Positions 7,728 to 16,504 of a DNA stretch of 24,000 nt are shown piece after piece. Position numbers and translations under genes: made by a program. The notes beneath the pieces were generated by a model that made no database searches, was not told the origin of the DNA, and was given only the letters and a program-made list of their open reading frames with translations. How positions within the stretch are numbered: position 1 is the first letter of the stretch; each line of letters starts with the position of its first letter. This DNA is from Sinorhizobium phage phiM9, in the sequence record KP881232.1. One strand, written 5' to 3'.

Positions 7728-7943
7728 TTATTCGGCTACCAGCGGAGGCTTCTTCACATATCCGAAATCATCTCGTTCGAAGCACTCAAGCTTCACGATC
7801 ACTCTCTCAGATCCAGGCTCCAGTGCTTCGTAAGCATCGATGTACGTGGTGAACATTGGACCGTACATCTCAGTTCTGTCCTCATTCGTGTGAGCGAAGA
7901 ATATCGAATGGATCTTCGGTGCTATCCTAGTGATGTACGTCAT
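7728..7943 (-). CDS. Hypothetical protein, 71 aa
   Basis: Start refined to MTYITRIAPKIHSIFF at 7943 with AAGGAG Shine-Dalgarno; ATGA overlap with the gp62-like gene. Confidence 0.7.
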   Translation of the reverse strand: MTYITRIAPKIHSIFFAHTNEDRTEMYGPMFTTYIDAYEALEPGSERVIVKLECFERDDFGYVKKPPLVAE

Positions 7944-8344
7944 TTCTTCTTCTCCTTCTTGCCTACGTACTTCTCCTCGAAGTGGCCGAGACGACCTTCG
8001 TCCTGAAGCTTTCGGAGAATGTTCAATGCGTCTGTCCTGGACACCTCGAAGATGTCGATTGCTCGTGCCACTGTTTCTTTGCTGAACTCTTCCACTGGCC
8101 TGGTCCACTTCGCAAAACGATTTCTTTTCGGATTGGTGAAGAAGTGCATGAAGTGGTACTTGTACCGAGCAGGAATGCCTGGATGGAGATTCAGCTCGTC
8201 AGCGTACAGAACCGTGTCTTCAAAATTCGCAAATGAGCGAAGAAAGACGAACGAGTCGCCTTCCTTCATTTCGAGCTTACCGCTGAGGACTTCGTTCTCA
8301 ATCGAAGAACTGGCACTCTTCACTAGGTCAAACGGAGATGCCAT
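7940..8344 (-). CDS. 62: Clamp loader small subunit (T4 gp62-like), 134 aa
   Basis: Directly downstream of the gp44-like gene; RFAKWTRPVEEFSKETVARAIDIFEVSRTDALNIL resembles gp62 RYGKWAKLVED...VNTNDAINY. Confidence 0.75.
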   Translation of the reverse strand: MASPFDLVKSASSSIENEVLSGKLEMKEGDSFVFLRSFANFEDTVLYADELNLHPGIPARYKYHFMHFFTNPKRNRFAKWTRPVEEFSKETVARAIDIFEVSRTDALNILRKLQDEGRLGHFEEKYVGKKEKKK

Positions 8345-8347
8345 CGA

Positions 8348-9295
8348 TCAATCCTTGTTGAATTCCACGTCGGCCATGATCTTCGTAAGCGCAGCGATGA
8401 TCGAGAGCTGGCGATCTGGAACACGCGTGAGTCGATCTTGGAGATCGTCGAGGTGAACAGCGTAGAACGGAAGCGTGTTCGCTTGAACTCTCTTCTCTCC
8501 CTGGTACCACATCTCGAGTACGAACTGACCAGGATCGGTGACGTTTTCGAGCACGTACTTCACCATGTCCTTGTACTTCTTTGCAGCAAGGAAGGTGAAC
8601 AGAGCGTCAGTCGATGCAAGCTTCACCTGTTCTACGACAGACGAGTCGATCTTGCCTTTCGAACCAAACTTCTGCAGAGAATTCACGATCGATCGAAGAT
8701 CAGGATACTTCACCTTCACGATAGCCTTGATCGCTTCAGGTTCGAACTCGACACCTTCGTTCTTGCAGATAGCCACAGCTCGGAGAGCCATGGACTTCAT
8801 CATCTGCATCTTGTCCTTGTTGCCATCGAACTTGATCACTTCACAACGAGAGAGAAGTGCATCGTCGAGACGATCAGGATAGTTCGCAGTCAGGAAGAAC
8901 GTGGTGTTCGATGAGTACTGTTCCATCACTGCACGGAGTGCAAGCTGTGCATCGTTCGTGAGCTGGTCTGCTTCATCGAAAAGGACGATCTTCTTCTGGT
9001 CATCCAGGGACAGAGACGAACAGTACGTCGTGATCTTGTTCCGGATCACATCAATGCCACGTTCAGCAGAGCCGTTGAGATACAGAACTTCTGCATCGAG
9101 TTCGTTGCAGATCACTTTCGCGAGAGTGGTCTTGCCGATCCCTGGGAGACCAGCGAAGATAGTGTGCATCGCACCTTTCTTCAGGAGACCTTCGATGTCT
9201 GCTCGAAGCTCCGTCGGGATGATGACCTCAGAGAGTTTCTGAGGTCGGTACTTCTGTGCCCAAATGAATTCGTCTTTGAGGACGCTGATTTCCAA
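8348..9295 (-). CDS. 44: Clamp loader ATPase subunit (T4 gp44-like), 315 aa, apparent TTG start
   Basis: AAA+ motifs: Walker A GLPGIGKT, Walker B VLFDEAD, sensor SRC; AGGAG before the TTG. Confidence 0.93.
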   Translation of the reverse strand: MEISVLKDEFIWAQKYRPQKLSEVIIPTELRADIEGLLKKGAMHTIFAGLPGIGKTTLAKVICNELDAEVLYLNGSAERGIDVIRNKITTYCSSLSLDDQKKIVLFDEADQLTNDAQLALRAVMEQYSSNTTFFLTANYPDRLDDALLSRCEVIKFDGNKDKMQMMKSMALRAVAICKNEGVEFEPEAIKAIVKVKYPDLRSIVNSLQKFGSKGKIDSSVVEQVKLASTDALFTFLAAKKYKDMVKYVLENVTDPGQFVLEMWYQGEKRVQANTLPFYAVHLDDLQDRLTRVPDRQLSIIAALTKIMADVEFNKD

Positions 9296-9307
9296 AGCTG
9301 TTGCTCC

Positions 9308-10021
9308 TTAAGCTTCGAGAGTGCTGAATTTGGCTGTTGGAATCACATAGCTCACGAATGCGTCTTCGGGAGCCAGGAACCGAACGAAGTTCTTGCTGAT
9401 GCCGGTCTTGTAGTTTCCAGGAGCGATCTGAGTGAGCAAGCTCGCAGGAATGCCGACTCGGAACTTCGTGCCAGTGGTGACGCCAGTCTTCACAGAGAAC
9501 TGGTTCGTCGTCTTCTCGATACGACCATCAGAAGATACGTTGGCAGCGCGTACCACGATCTGTCCGTCGATTGTTTCGAAGAGGACGTGCGTAGCTACGT
9601 TCAAGTTCACACCAGATTTGACCTTCGTCAAGAAAGCATCAGAGAGTTCGAACTCGACCGGAAGCTCAGACGAGAAGTATGCACCTGCCTTGTCAGGCTT
9701 CGGAACGACCAGGATAGCCGGATCAGAGAGCATGAACTCCTGGTTGAAGACGCCGTCGTTGGACTTGATCTCGACATGGTCACGGAAGATCTCGAGATCG
9801 AATTCGGTATCCTTGAACAGTTCAAGTGCCGACACGAAGTTCTTGATGTTGTAGATAGCCATGCTCTGATCGAACGACTGGATATTCTTGGCAAGAGCAA
9901 CGATTTGGCGATTGTCAGAAGAGACGATGAAGATCTGAGGATCAGACGGCTCGATGTGGATCGACGTAGCGAACGTGCCGAGATGCTTCAGAATGGCGAT
10001 TGTGTTCTTTTCGAGTTGCAT
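9308..10021 (-). CDS. 45: Sliding clamp (T4 gp45-like), 237 aa
   Basis: Position between the gp44-like and gp46-like genes; start refined from 10057 to MQLEKNTIAILKHLG at 10021 with CCGGAG Shine-Dalgarno. Confidence 0.85.
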   Translation of the reverse strand: MQLEKNTIAILKHLGTFATSIHIEPSDPQIFIVSSDNRQIVALAKNIQSFDQSMAIYNIKNFVSALELFKDTEFDLEIFRDHVEIKSNDGVFNQEFMLSDPAILVVPKPDKAGAYFSSELPVEFELSDAFLTKVKSGVNLNVATHVLFETIDGQIVVRAANVSSDGRIEKTTNQFSVKTGVTTGTKFRVGIPASLLTQIAPGNYKTGISKNFVRFLAPEDAFVSYVIPTAKFSTLEA

Positions 10022-10051
10022 GGTATCTCCGGTTGTTGATGGTTCTTTGTA

Positions 10052-10086
10052 TGACATTCACGCCTCGAGTTGAAACGTGAATGTCA
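10052..10086 (-). promoter_or_regulatory. Perfect 11-bp inverted repeat in the sliding-clamp upstream region
   Basis: TGACATTCACG - 13 nt - CGTGAATGTCA, followed on the minus strand by a CATAC element. Confidence 0.7.
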
Positions 10087-10095
10087 AAACGTTGC

Positions 10096-10248
10096 TTAAT
10101 CAGCGGTAGCTCTGTGCTCTTCTGTCTGGGCTTTGAGCTTCTCGATCACTTCTCGAGCGAGCTTCCATCGCAGGAAGCTCGGCCACTGGTCATTGAGGTA
10201 TGACTCAAGTCGTTCGATGTCCTTCTCTTCGAGTTCGTACTTAGCCAT
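10096..10248 (-). CDS. Small charged protein, 50 aa (absent from ORF track)
   Basis: Hand translation MAKYELEEKDIERLESYLNDQWPSFLRWKLAREVIEKLKAQTEEHRATAD*; GGAGGAAG Shine-Dalgarno; TGATG junction with the gp46-like gene. Confidence 0.7.
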   Translation of the reverse strand: MAKYELEEKDIERLESYLNDQWPSFLRWKLAREVIEKLKAQTEEHRATAD

Positions 10249-11879
10249 CACACTTCCTCCAGGATGCTGAAACCAGCGTTCGTGGTGATCTTCAGACGAC
10301 GATCGAAGCCAGATGAATCCGGTACTTCTTTCGGCGCGATGCAGAAGACGTTGGTGTTCTCCAGATCGCCGAGTGCCTTCGAGATCACAGCAAAGCCATT
10401 ATCGTCAAGCTTCGCAGCAAACTCGTCGACGATCAGAAGGTTCGTCTTCACTGAAGAGAGCTTCGAAGCGATGTCTCGCCAGGTGAGAAGGATCGCGAAG
10501 TTGATCCGTTCCTGTTGACCAGTCGAGAAGGACTCGTATGTGAATGCGTCCTTGTATCGAGCACGGATGGTCTCGTTGAACTCGCTGTCAAGTTCGAACC
10601 AGATTTGCAAGCCGAACATCTCGAGGTACTCGTTGATCTTCTTGTTGAAGAACGGAATGTACTCGCTGATGATCGGAAGCTTCGCTTGACCAGACTTCAG
10701 AACTTTGTCGAGCTCAGCCAGATCTTCGTAGTCTTCCTTCATGTCAGCGAACTCGTCGAGAAGCTCAGCTAGCTCTTCGGATGCTTCCTTCAGCTCATCA
10801 TCGACGTTTGCAACCTTCTTCGAACGTTCCTTCGTGAGAGTCGAGTCTAGTTCCCATTTCTGAGACTTCAGTTCGGAGATCTTCGATTGACCTTTCGTCT
10901 GCTTCTCCTTCAGGGGAGCGATGAGACTTTCGACGCGTGTCGACTCGAGACTGTTCTCTTCGACGAGCTTCCAAGCAGACTCGATGTCACTTTCGAAGCA
11001 CTCGATCTTGTCACCATGGATTTCTCCACCGCAAGTCGGACACTTGCCGTCTTCGAACTTCTTCCGAGCTTCAACAGCGATACGATGCTGCGCTCTCGCG
11101 TTGTTCTCTGACATCTGAGCATCACGAAGTTCTCGATCGAGAGCGGCGATCTTTCCGTTGATCTCGACGAGAGCAGGCTCTGCCTTCGCGAGGAACTCAT
11201 CGATCTTTCTGATCTTCGTCTCGCACTCATCGATCAGCGACTGGTCAGGAGAGTCAGAGTTTTCGATGATCTTATTCAGACGATTGATCACCTCCTGCTT
11301 CGCATCGATAGAAGATTTCACACGAGCGTACGGATCTTTCAGAGTCTTTATAGACTTCTTCACTTGCTCGTGGACCTTAGCGAAGATGCCAAGATTGAGA
11401 ACTCGTTCAACGAACTCACGACGTTCAGGACCCGAGAGACGCATGAACGGAGTGTTCGACTCAGAAATCAGGATGAGGTTCTTCAGAGCAGCGGCGTCCA
11501 GACCGAACGTAGCCATGAGCTCTTTCTGCTTGTCAGACGGACGATGATCTTGCCACACCTCTTCGCCGTTCTTGTGAACCGTGAACACATCAGGCTTGAT
11601 GCCACGATTGATCACCCACTCAGTTCCATCGAGGGTGTACTCAAGAACGGTGAGAGCGTCCTTGTTGTTGATGTTGTTCGGTATCTGTGCTTTCTTGATG
11701 GCTCGGAAAGCTTCACCGAAATGAGCGAAGAACACGCTGTCCAGGAGAGCAGCACTCTTACCGGAACCGTTAGGTGCAATCAGGAGTGTCGAAGGTACCT
11801 TGTCGAATTCGATCCTCGTCGGCTGGTTGCCATACGAGAGAAAGTTCTTGACCGTAATTGCTTTGTAATGAAGATCCAC
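10248..11879 (-). CDS. 46: Recombination endonuclease ATPase subunit (T4 gp46, Rad50/SbcC-like), 543 aa
   Basis: Walker A APNGSGKSA, zinc hook CPTCGGE within coiled coil, LLIVDEFAAKLD Walker B region. Confidence 0.95.
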   Translation of the reverse strand: MDLHYKAITVKNFLSYGNQPTRIEFDKVPSTLLIAPNGSGKSAALLDSVFFAHFGEAFRAIKKAQIPNNINNKDALTVLEYTLDGTEWVINRGIKPDVFTVHKNGEEVWQDHRPSDKQKELMATFGLDAAALKNLILISESNTPFMRLSGPERREFVERVLNLGIFAKVHEQVKKSIKTLKDPYARVKSSIDAKQEVINRLNKIIENSDSPDQSLIDECETKIRKIDEFLAKAEPALVEINGKIAALDRELRDAQMSENNARAQHRIAVEARKKFEDGKCPTCGGEIHGDKIECFESDIESAWKLVEENSLESTRVESLIAPLKEKQTKGQSKISELKSQKWELDSTLTKERSKKVANVDDELKEASEELAELLDEFADMKEDYEDLAELDKVLKSGQAKLPIISEYIPFFNKKINEYLEMFGLQIWFELDSEFNETIRARYKDAFTYESFSTGQQERINFAILLTWRDIASKLSSVKTNLLIVDEFAAKLDDNGFAVISKALGDLENTNVFCIAPKEVPDSSGFDRRLKITTNAGFSILEEV

Positions 11880-11880
11880 G

Positions 11881-12867
11881 TTATTCTCCGATGCTGTTCA
11901 GGATGTTCGCGAGCTTCCGCTTGGAACCTTCACGAGAGAGCAACGGTTCGAGCGACTGAGCGAAGTCAGGCTTACTATTACCCAATGGTGTGTCAGCAGA
12001 GAAACTGATTGCTTCAACAAGTTTCAACTCAGCGAGTGAGACGGTGTTGAGGACTCCGAGAAACTTGCTGTACAGAGTCTTGTCGACGTCTTCAGCAACG
12101 GACACCTCGAGGCAGATGCCTTCCAGGTTCTTCCTGTTCTCTGTCAGCCACTTCACAGGGTTCTTGCCTTCGATCTTGCCGCCTTCGAGTACGATACGCT
12201 TGAAGATCTCTCGACGATACGGAATGCGAGTGTGACCACTGTCCTCTTCGATCACCATGTAGCCGCCAGGATTGCCGACATTCGACCACTCCAGCTGATA
12301 CGGAGTGCCGAGGTTCTCGATGAAGTATTCGTCAGAAGACTCGACAGACCACGTGTGTATGTGACCGTTGAAGATCTTGTTCTTCGTCTTGCCTCGGAGG
12401 CGCTCAGGATTGTCATGAGTGATGTAGTACTGAGGAACACCTTCACCCTGGACGACCTCGAAGTGGCCGTACGGACAGAGAACCAGATCAGTTCCACCGA
12501 TAGTGACTCGAGTGATCTTGTCGACCACTTCAAAGTTCTCGTGTCCAAACTGGAACAGATCGAAGAGGCTCTCGTCCTTCACTGTCTTCCCAGGAACGCA
12601 GTGATTGCCGAGCACGAAGTAGATAGCTTCGAAAGCGTCGTTGAGCTTGTCGAAGATCCGTTCTGCCTGCTTGTGCTGAGCAATCGTGAGACTGCTCTTC
12701 GTCTCCCAGAAGTCACCGGCTACTATGAGGACGACATCGTCCATCGACGGATAGTTCTTTGCTTCCTGACACAGCCAGTCGACGTACTTGTCGAGTTCTG
12801 ACGGAAGGTCTACACTCGGTGACTTTCTTCCGAGATGCAGATCGTTAGTGATGAACGCTGTCGTCAC
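11881..12867 (-). CDS. 47: Recombination endonuclease nuclease subunit (T4 gp47, Mre11/SbcD-like), 328 aa, GTG start
   Basis: Metallophosphoesterase motifs ITNDLHLG, VAGDFWE, LGNHC, NGHIHTW; adjacent to the gp46-like gene. Confidence 0.94.
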   Translation of the reverse strand: MTTAFITNDLHLGRKSPSVDLPSELDKYVDWLCQEAKNYPSMDDVVLIVAGDFWETKSSLTIAQHKQAERIFDKLNDAFEAIYFVLGNHCVPGKTVKDESLFDLFQFGHENFEVVDKITRVTIGGTDLVLCPYGHFEVVQGEGVPQYYITHDNPERLRGKTKNKIFNGHIHTWSVESSDEYFIENLGTPYQLEWSNVGNPGGYMVIEEDSGHTRIPYRREIFKRIVLEGGKIEGKNPVKWLTENRKNLEGICLEVSVAEDVDKTLYSKFLGVLNTVSLAELKLVEAISFSADTPLGNSKPDFAQSLEPLLSREGSKRKLANILNSIGE

Positions 12868-13365
12868 TCATTTCTCCTTTTCGTTGTGTTTTGCGTAATC
12901 GTCGATGATGCCTCTGAGCTGGTTCAGAGAGCTGTTGTGGACTGCATTCACTGTCTGTCCACTGATCGTCGCCTGTCCGTCAGCAAGAGCATGGACGTAC
13001 GCGTTCTTCGACTTGATGTGCTTCTTCTCACCTTCAAAGAATGCGAGAAACCCGAAGTACACCAGAGTCGTCAAGAAGCTGAAACAATTCTTCGTTTCGG
13101 ATCTCGCTGGATCGTACTTCCGTTCGACTGTTTCCATTGCTGAGAGAACACCAGACGAGATCATGTCCTGTTTGTTCGCGACTCGAGAGAAGCGTCCAGC
13201 GGACGAGTAGTGTTCGGCGATCTTCAGGATGTTCTCACCGACGATCTTCGGAAGGTGCGGAGTTGGAAGCCCTTTCGCAAGGGCCTCTTGTCTTTCGTAG
13301 TAGAACTCGTTCAGAGCTTTCGTGACGGCAGGACCGTCGAAGTAGTTGGATCTCTTTTTGGCCAT
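12868..13365 (-). CDS. 55: Late transcription sigma factor (T4 gp55-like), 165 aa
   Basis: MISSGVLSAMETVERKYDPARSETKNCFSFLTTLVYFGFLAFFEGEKK resembles sigma region 2 / gp55; upstream of gp47/46 as expected from T4-superfamily synteny. Confidence 0.8.
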   Translation of the reverse strand: MAKKRSNYFDGPAVTKALNEFYYERQEALAKGLPTPHLPKIVGENILKIAEHYSSAGRFSRVANKQDMISSGVLSAMETVERKYDPARSETKNCFSFLTTLVYFGFLAFFEGEKKHIKSKNAYVHALADGQATISGQTVNAVHNSSLNQLRGIIDDYAKHNEKEK

Positions 13366-13409
13366 GGATAAGTTCTATCATCCTTCGGTCAGAATGTGAA
13401 ACTTGATTG

Positions 13410-13550
13410 TCAATCAGTTTCCAATTCAGCTTTCTTCAGATAGAGCTCTCGAACTCTAGACGAGAGTTGATGCCAGAAGTCTGCGACGTCTATGTCACCT
13501 TTGGTCTCGTCGCAGTAGAGTTCCCAGGCTTTCTCTTCGAGCTCGCTCAC
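13410..13550 (-). CDS. Small hypothetical protein, 46 aa (GTG start)
   Basis: MSELEEKAWELYCDETKGDIDVADFWHQLSSRVRELYLKKAELETD; GTGA overlap with the preceding lipoprotein-like ORF. The track's longer start (13610) is less likely. Confidence 0.55.
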   Translation of the reverse strand: MSELEEKAWELYCDETKGDIDVADFWHQLSSRVRELYLKKAELETD

Positions 13551-13678
13551 TTGACATTCTCGAACTTGAGTTCGTAGCCGACGTACCGAGGAGGACACTC
13601 TTGCGACCAACCACGATTAAAAGACGTGCAGCATCCGGACAATGTGATCATTGCTACGACTGTAAGAACTATCTTCAT
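13547..13678 (-). CDS. Small putative lipoprotein, 43 aa (absent from ORF track)
   Basis: MKIVLTVVAMITLSGCCTSFNRGWSQECPPRYVGYELKFENVK*; signal segment plus LSGC lipobox; ATGA overlap with the upstream gene. Confidence 0.65.
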   Translation of the reverse strand: MKIVLTVVAMITLSGCCTSFNRGWSQECPPRYVGYELKFENVK

Positions 13679-14127
13679 TTCACTCTCCTTGTTGATTTCT
13701 TCGTTTGTTTCATGACAGTCTTTGCGACAGCCTGTTCAGCTTCGAGTTCTTTCTCGAGAGCGACCTTCACGTCGTGTGGTCTCCGTGAGTGCCAGAAGGT
13801 CAACTCAGGAGTGATGATCGAGTACGAGGTCTGAGCCAGTTCGACCATCAGCTTGTCACCGAGTTCTACCGCTTTGTCGTAGATGACGTACGAATCAGAC
13901 TTGAACCTCGGGTAGTGGATCAGACGGATCTTGAACCCTTCTTCCTCACCGCCGGTGTAGATGTACGTCGTCGGATCGATCGTGACACAGAGACCTACGT
14001 CGAAGCAGAACTGACGAACGATACGCTTGGCATGAGCTATGTCGCCAGCCATGCAGATTTCAGCAGTCCACGTGTTGACGCTCTTCACGACTTTCGTGAG
14101 ACCTTCTTTCCTGATGATTTGTGTCAA
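13675..14127 (-). CDS. Hypothetical protein, 150 aa
   Basis: Co-directional ORF, ATGA-coupled downstream. Confidence 0.7.
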   Translation of the reverse strand: MTQIIRKEGLTKVVKSVNTWTAEICMAGDIAHAKRIVRQFCFDVGLCVTIDPTTYIYTGGEEEGFKIRLIHYPRFKSDSYVIYDKAVELGDKLMVELAQTSYSIITPELTFWHSRRPHDVKVALEKELEAEQAVAKTVMKQTKKSTRRVK

Positions 14128-14384
14128 TAGCCTTCTCCGTAAACTGTGATGACGTCACCCCAATCAGCACGTTTGTCGACGTATACGTCAGTGATCCTGA
14201 AGTGATCCCAAGTCTTTCGATGGATCTGTTCGCAGTTCCTCAAAACACAATGAACCGTCCTGTTTCTGAACTTCATTCCGAAACTCGGTGTGAAATCGAG
14301 TTCCTCTGGCCAGACGTATTCATCGCGTGACGTCACATCTCTGACGCGGAATTCGAACATCTTCCTCATGAGTAGTTCTCGCAA
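14124..14384 (-). CDS. Hypothetical protein, 86 aa; paralogue of the adjacent upstream gene
   Basis: FEFRVRDVTSRDEYVWPEELDFTPSFGMKF aligns with the 14366..14632 product. Confidence 0.7.
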   Translation of the reverse strand: MRELLMRKMFEFRVRDVTSRDEYVWPEELDFTPSFGMKFRNRTVHCVLRNCEQIHRKTWDHFRITDVYVDKRADWGDVITVYGEGY

Positions 14385-14632
14385 ATGACACGGATCTTCC
14401 CGGAGTTGTATTCGATATGGAGAACTTCGAACTGGTCTATGACGAAGCCTAATGCGGTTGTTTCGACTCCGTTCCAGGATCGAACTGTAGCTTTAGCGAC
14501 CGAGTGATCGACGAACGTCATCCTCGGATGAGGCAAGAAGTCCAGTTCTTCAGTCCACTTGTAGATATCGCCAGCTTGGACTGCATTAAGTTCGAAGTTG
14601 AGTTCCATTTCTGTATTCCTGGGTTTGGCCAC
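14366..14632 (-). CDS. Hypothetical protein, 88 aa; paralogue of the adjacent downstream gene
   Basis: FELNAVQAGDIYKWTEELDFLPHPRMTF. Confidence 0.7.
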   Translation of the reverse strand: MAKPRNTEMELNFELNAVQAGDIYKWTEELDFLPHPRMTFVDHSVAKATVRSWNGVETTALGFVIDQFEVLHIEYNSGKIRVICENYS

Positions 14633-14661
14633 TGCGGACCGGTTGAAGTCGGATTAATAAT

Positions 14662-14886
14662 CTATTGACTCTCACCACGAGTGATCGCTGCCGCTTCCCT
14701 GAGAGTCGAGGGAATGAAAGAAAGCACGAATGTTCGAACTTCCTTGAGCTGCTCTTCGGTGAAGTCTTTCAGGATCCATTCCTCGTCTCCTGGATTACCA
14801 GCAGGCTCTCCTCTCAGTTGAGCATCGATCTCTCGTACCATTCGATTGATGGTTCGGACTTTCGCCTTCTTTGGAATCTTTGCCAT
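14662..14886 (-). CDS. Hypothetical protein, 74 aa
   Basis: Start refined from 15072 to MAKIPKKAKVRTINRMVREID at 14886, with GAAGGAG Shine-Dalgarno. Confidence 0.7.
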   Translation of the reverse strand: MAKIPKKAKVRTINRMVREIDAQLRGEPAGNPGDEEWILKDFTEEQLKEVRTFVLSFIPSTLREAAAITRGESQ

Positions 14887-15143
14887 CAGAACTTCTCCTT
14901 CACAGAATTGAAAGTCCACTCGATCAAGTCGAACACTAGAGCTATCATCATGTGGCCTAGGACGAGAACCGTGAATAGTTCGAACGTCACTGGAGCAACA
15001 GGTTCTTCTCCGCCTACGAGACGATTGAGATAGTCTATGACTCCGGTAAGATACAGGATCTGACAGATCCACAGAGCGAATGTCATGATGACTATCGAAC
15101 CGAGGAGTTGCAGCGTGATATTGAAAGAAATCTTCTTGAACAT
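14886..15143 (-). CDS. Small membrane protein, 85 aa
   Basis: Start refined to MFKKISFNITLQLLGSIVIMTFALWICQILYLTG at 15143; two hydrophobic segments; TGATG-type junctions. Confidence 0.7.
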   Translation of the reverse strand: MFKKISFNITLQLLGSIVIMTFALWICQILYLTGVIDYLNRLVGGEEPVAPVTFELFTVLVLGHMMIALVFDLIEWTFNSVKEKF

Positions 15144-16504
15144 TAGAACTTCACCTTCTTGAGGTCGTTGATCCATTCGTTCTTCATGTTGTTGTCATCG
15201 GATCGGATCTCTCGAAGACGCTTGAGTTCAGCTTCGAGACGTGCGATCTCTGTGATGTTCTCGTCTCGGTACTCTTGAGTCCATCGATAAGCAGCAAGGC
15301 CGAGGATCGCATCGATGCGAGATGGACGGAGATCGAACTCTTCTTGGACAGCCTTGACGATGTACTGCCGCATCTCATCTTTCGACTTATAGCCAGGGAT
15401 CGTCTTCACGAAATCCATGTCGAAGAGTTTCCGGAGTGCCTTCTGGAAGCTCAATTCCTCGTCGTTCTCTTCGATCATCACGTCGAAGCGTTTCACGATG
15501 AACTGGAAGCGCCATGCTACCCATTCGGTGATCAGCTCTTCGATGTTGTTGAACTGACGAATTGTCTCGCCGTCGAAGTCGACACAAACAAGTCGTTCGG
15601 TGGTTCGTGTCCGAAGCTTGAACAGATCGATCAGCTTTTCGTCGGTGGTCTCAGCGAGTTCCTTTCTCGCCATCTTCACCATGATCGAGACCTTATCAGT
15701 AGTGTTGTTCGTGTAGTCCTGGATGCGTCGATCTTCGATGAGGTTGTCGAGGTGCTCCTGGATGTCATCCATCTTCGTATCCGGAGGGATCGCGTAGATT
15801 TCGACGGTGTTCGAGTTGATTCGTCTCACTCGTCCAGAGAGAAGATATGTCGAAGCGTTGTCTCGTCCGTTGTCGATCTCAGTAATGATCGTGTCTGGAT
15901 ACGGTGCGAAGTACGGATCGATCTTGCCGACAGGCTTCCCTTGGAGAACACGGATCACTGCATCTCGAAGATGCTCATACTTGTGAGGAAGGATGTCCGT
16001 GGACCAACCGACTGCTGTACCACTGATCCCGTTGAGGAGGATCGTTGGCACCAGAGGGAGGAAGGACTCACAGATCTCGTTGTCGCCATCCACAGACGAA
16101 ACCATCTTGTAGAGGTTCGAGTCTGCCTGGATGACTTCCTTCATGAACTTCGAACGAGTGACGTACGTGTATCGTCCAGCACCGAATGCTTTCGGATAGA
16201 TCGTCGAACCGAAGTTGCCGATGCCGTCGAACACTGGGATGTTGTTGCAGAATGGACCAGCCATGCCGCTGATTGCACCTTCTGCATTCTGTCCACCGTG
16301 GACATAGAGGTTCGACTCGATCATGGCACCAGCGAGTGCTTGAACCTTGATCTTGTCATTTCGGTTCTTCATGCACCATGACGCGATGCGCTGAGAAGAC
16401 TTGAAGCCGTCAGTGACGGATGGGATTGCACGTTCTTGACAAACGTACAAGGAATACTGCCTTGCAGCAGCGAGGATGAATTCTGAGGGAGTGACGGTAG
16501 TCAT
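15143..16504 (-). CDS. 52: Type II DNA topoisomerase medium subunit (T4 gp52-like, GyrA/ParC family), 453 aa
   Basis: RAIPSVTDGFKSSQR, MAGPFCNNIPVFDGIGNFGS, AGRYTYVT with the catalytic Tyr. Confidence 0.95.
   Translation of the reverse strand: MTTVTPSEFILAAARQYSLYVCQERAIPSVTDGFKSSQRIASWCMKNRNDKIKVQALAGAMIESNLYVHGGQNAEGAISGMAGPFCNNIPVFDGIGNFGSTIYPKAFGAGRYTYVTRSKFMKEVIQADSNLYKMVSSVDGDNEICESFLPLVPTILLNGISGTAVGWSTDILPHKYEHLRDAVIRVLQGKPVGKIDPYFAPYPDTIITEIDNGRDNASTYLLSGRVRRINSNTVEIYAIPPDTKMDDIQEHLDNLIEDRRIQDYTNNTTDKVSIMVKMARKELAETTDEKLIDLFKLRTRTTERLVCVDFDGETIRQFNNIEELITEWVAWRFQFIVKRFDVMIEENDEELSFQKALRKLFDMDFVKTIPGYKSKDEMRQYIVKAVQEEFDLRPSRIDAILGLAAYRWTQEYRDENITEIARLEAELKRLREIRSDDNNMKNEWINDLKKVKF

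Noticed and set aside
15275-16381. 368-aa plus-strand ORF opposite the topoisomerase medium subunit
   Set aside because: Fully contained antisense to a gene with unmistakable GyrA-family motifs; no ribosome site or domain motifs seen.
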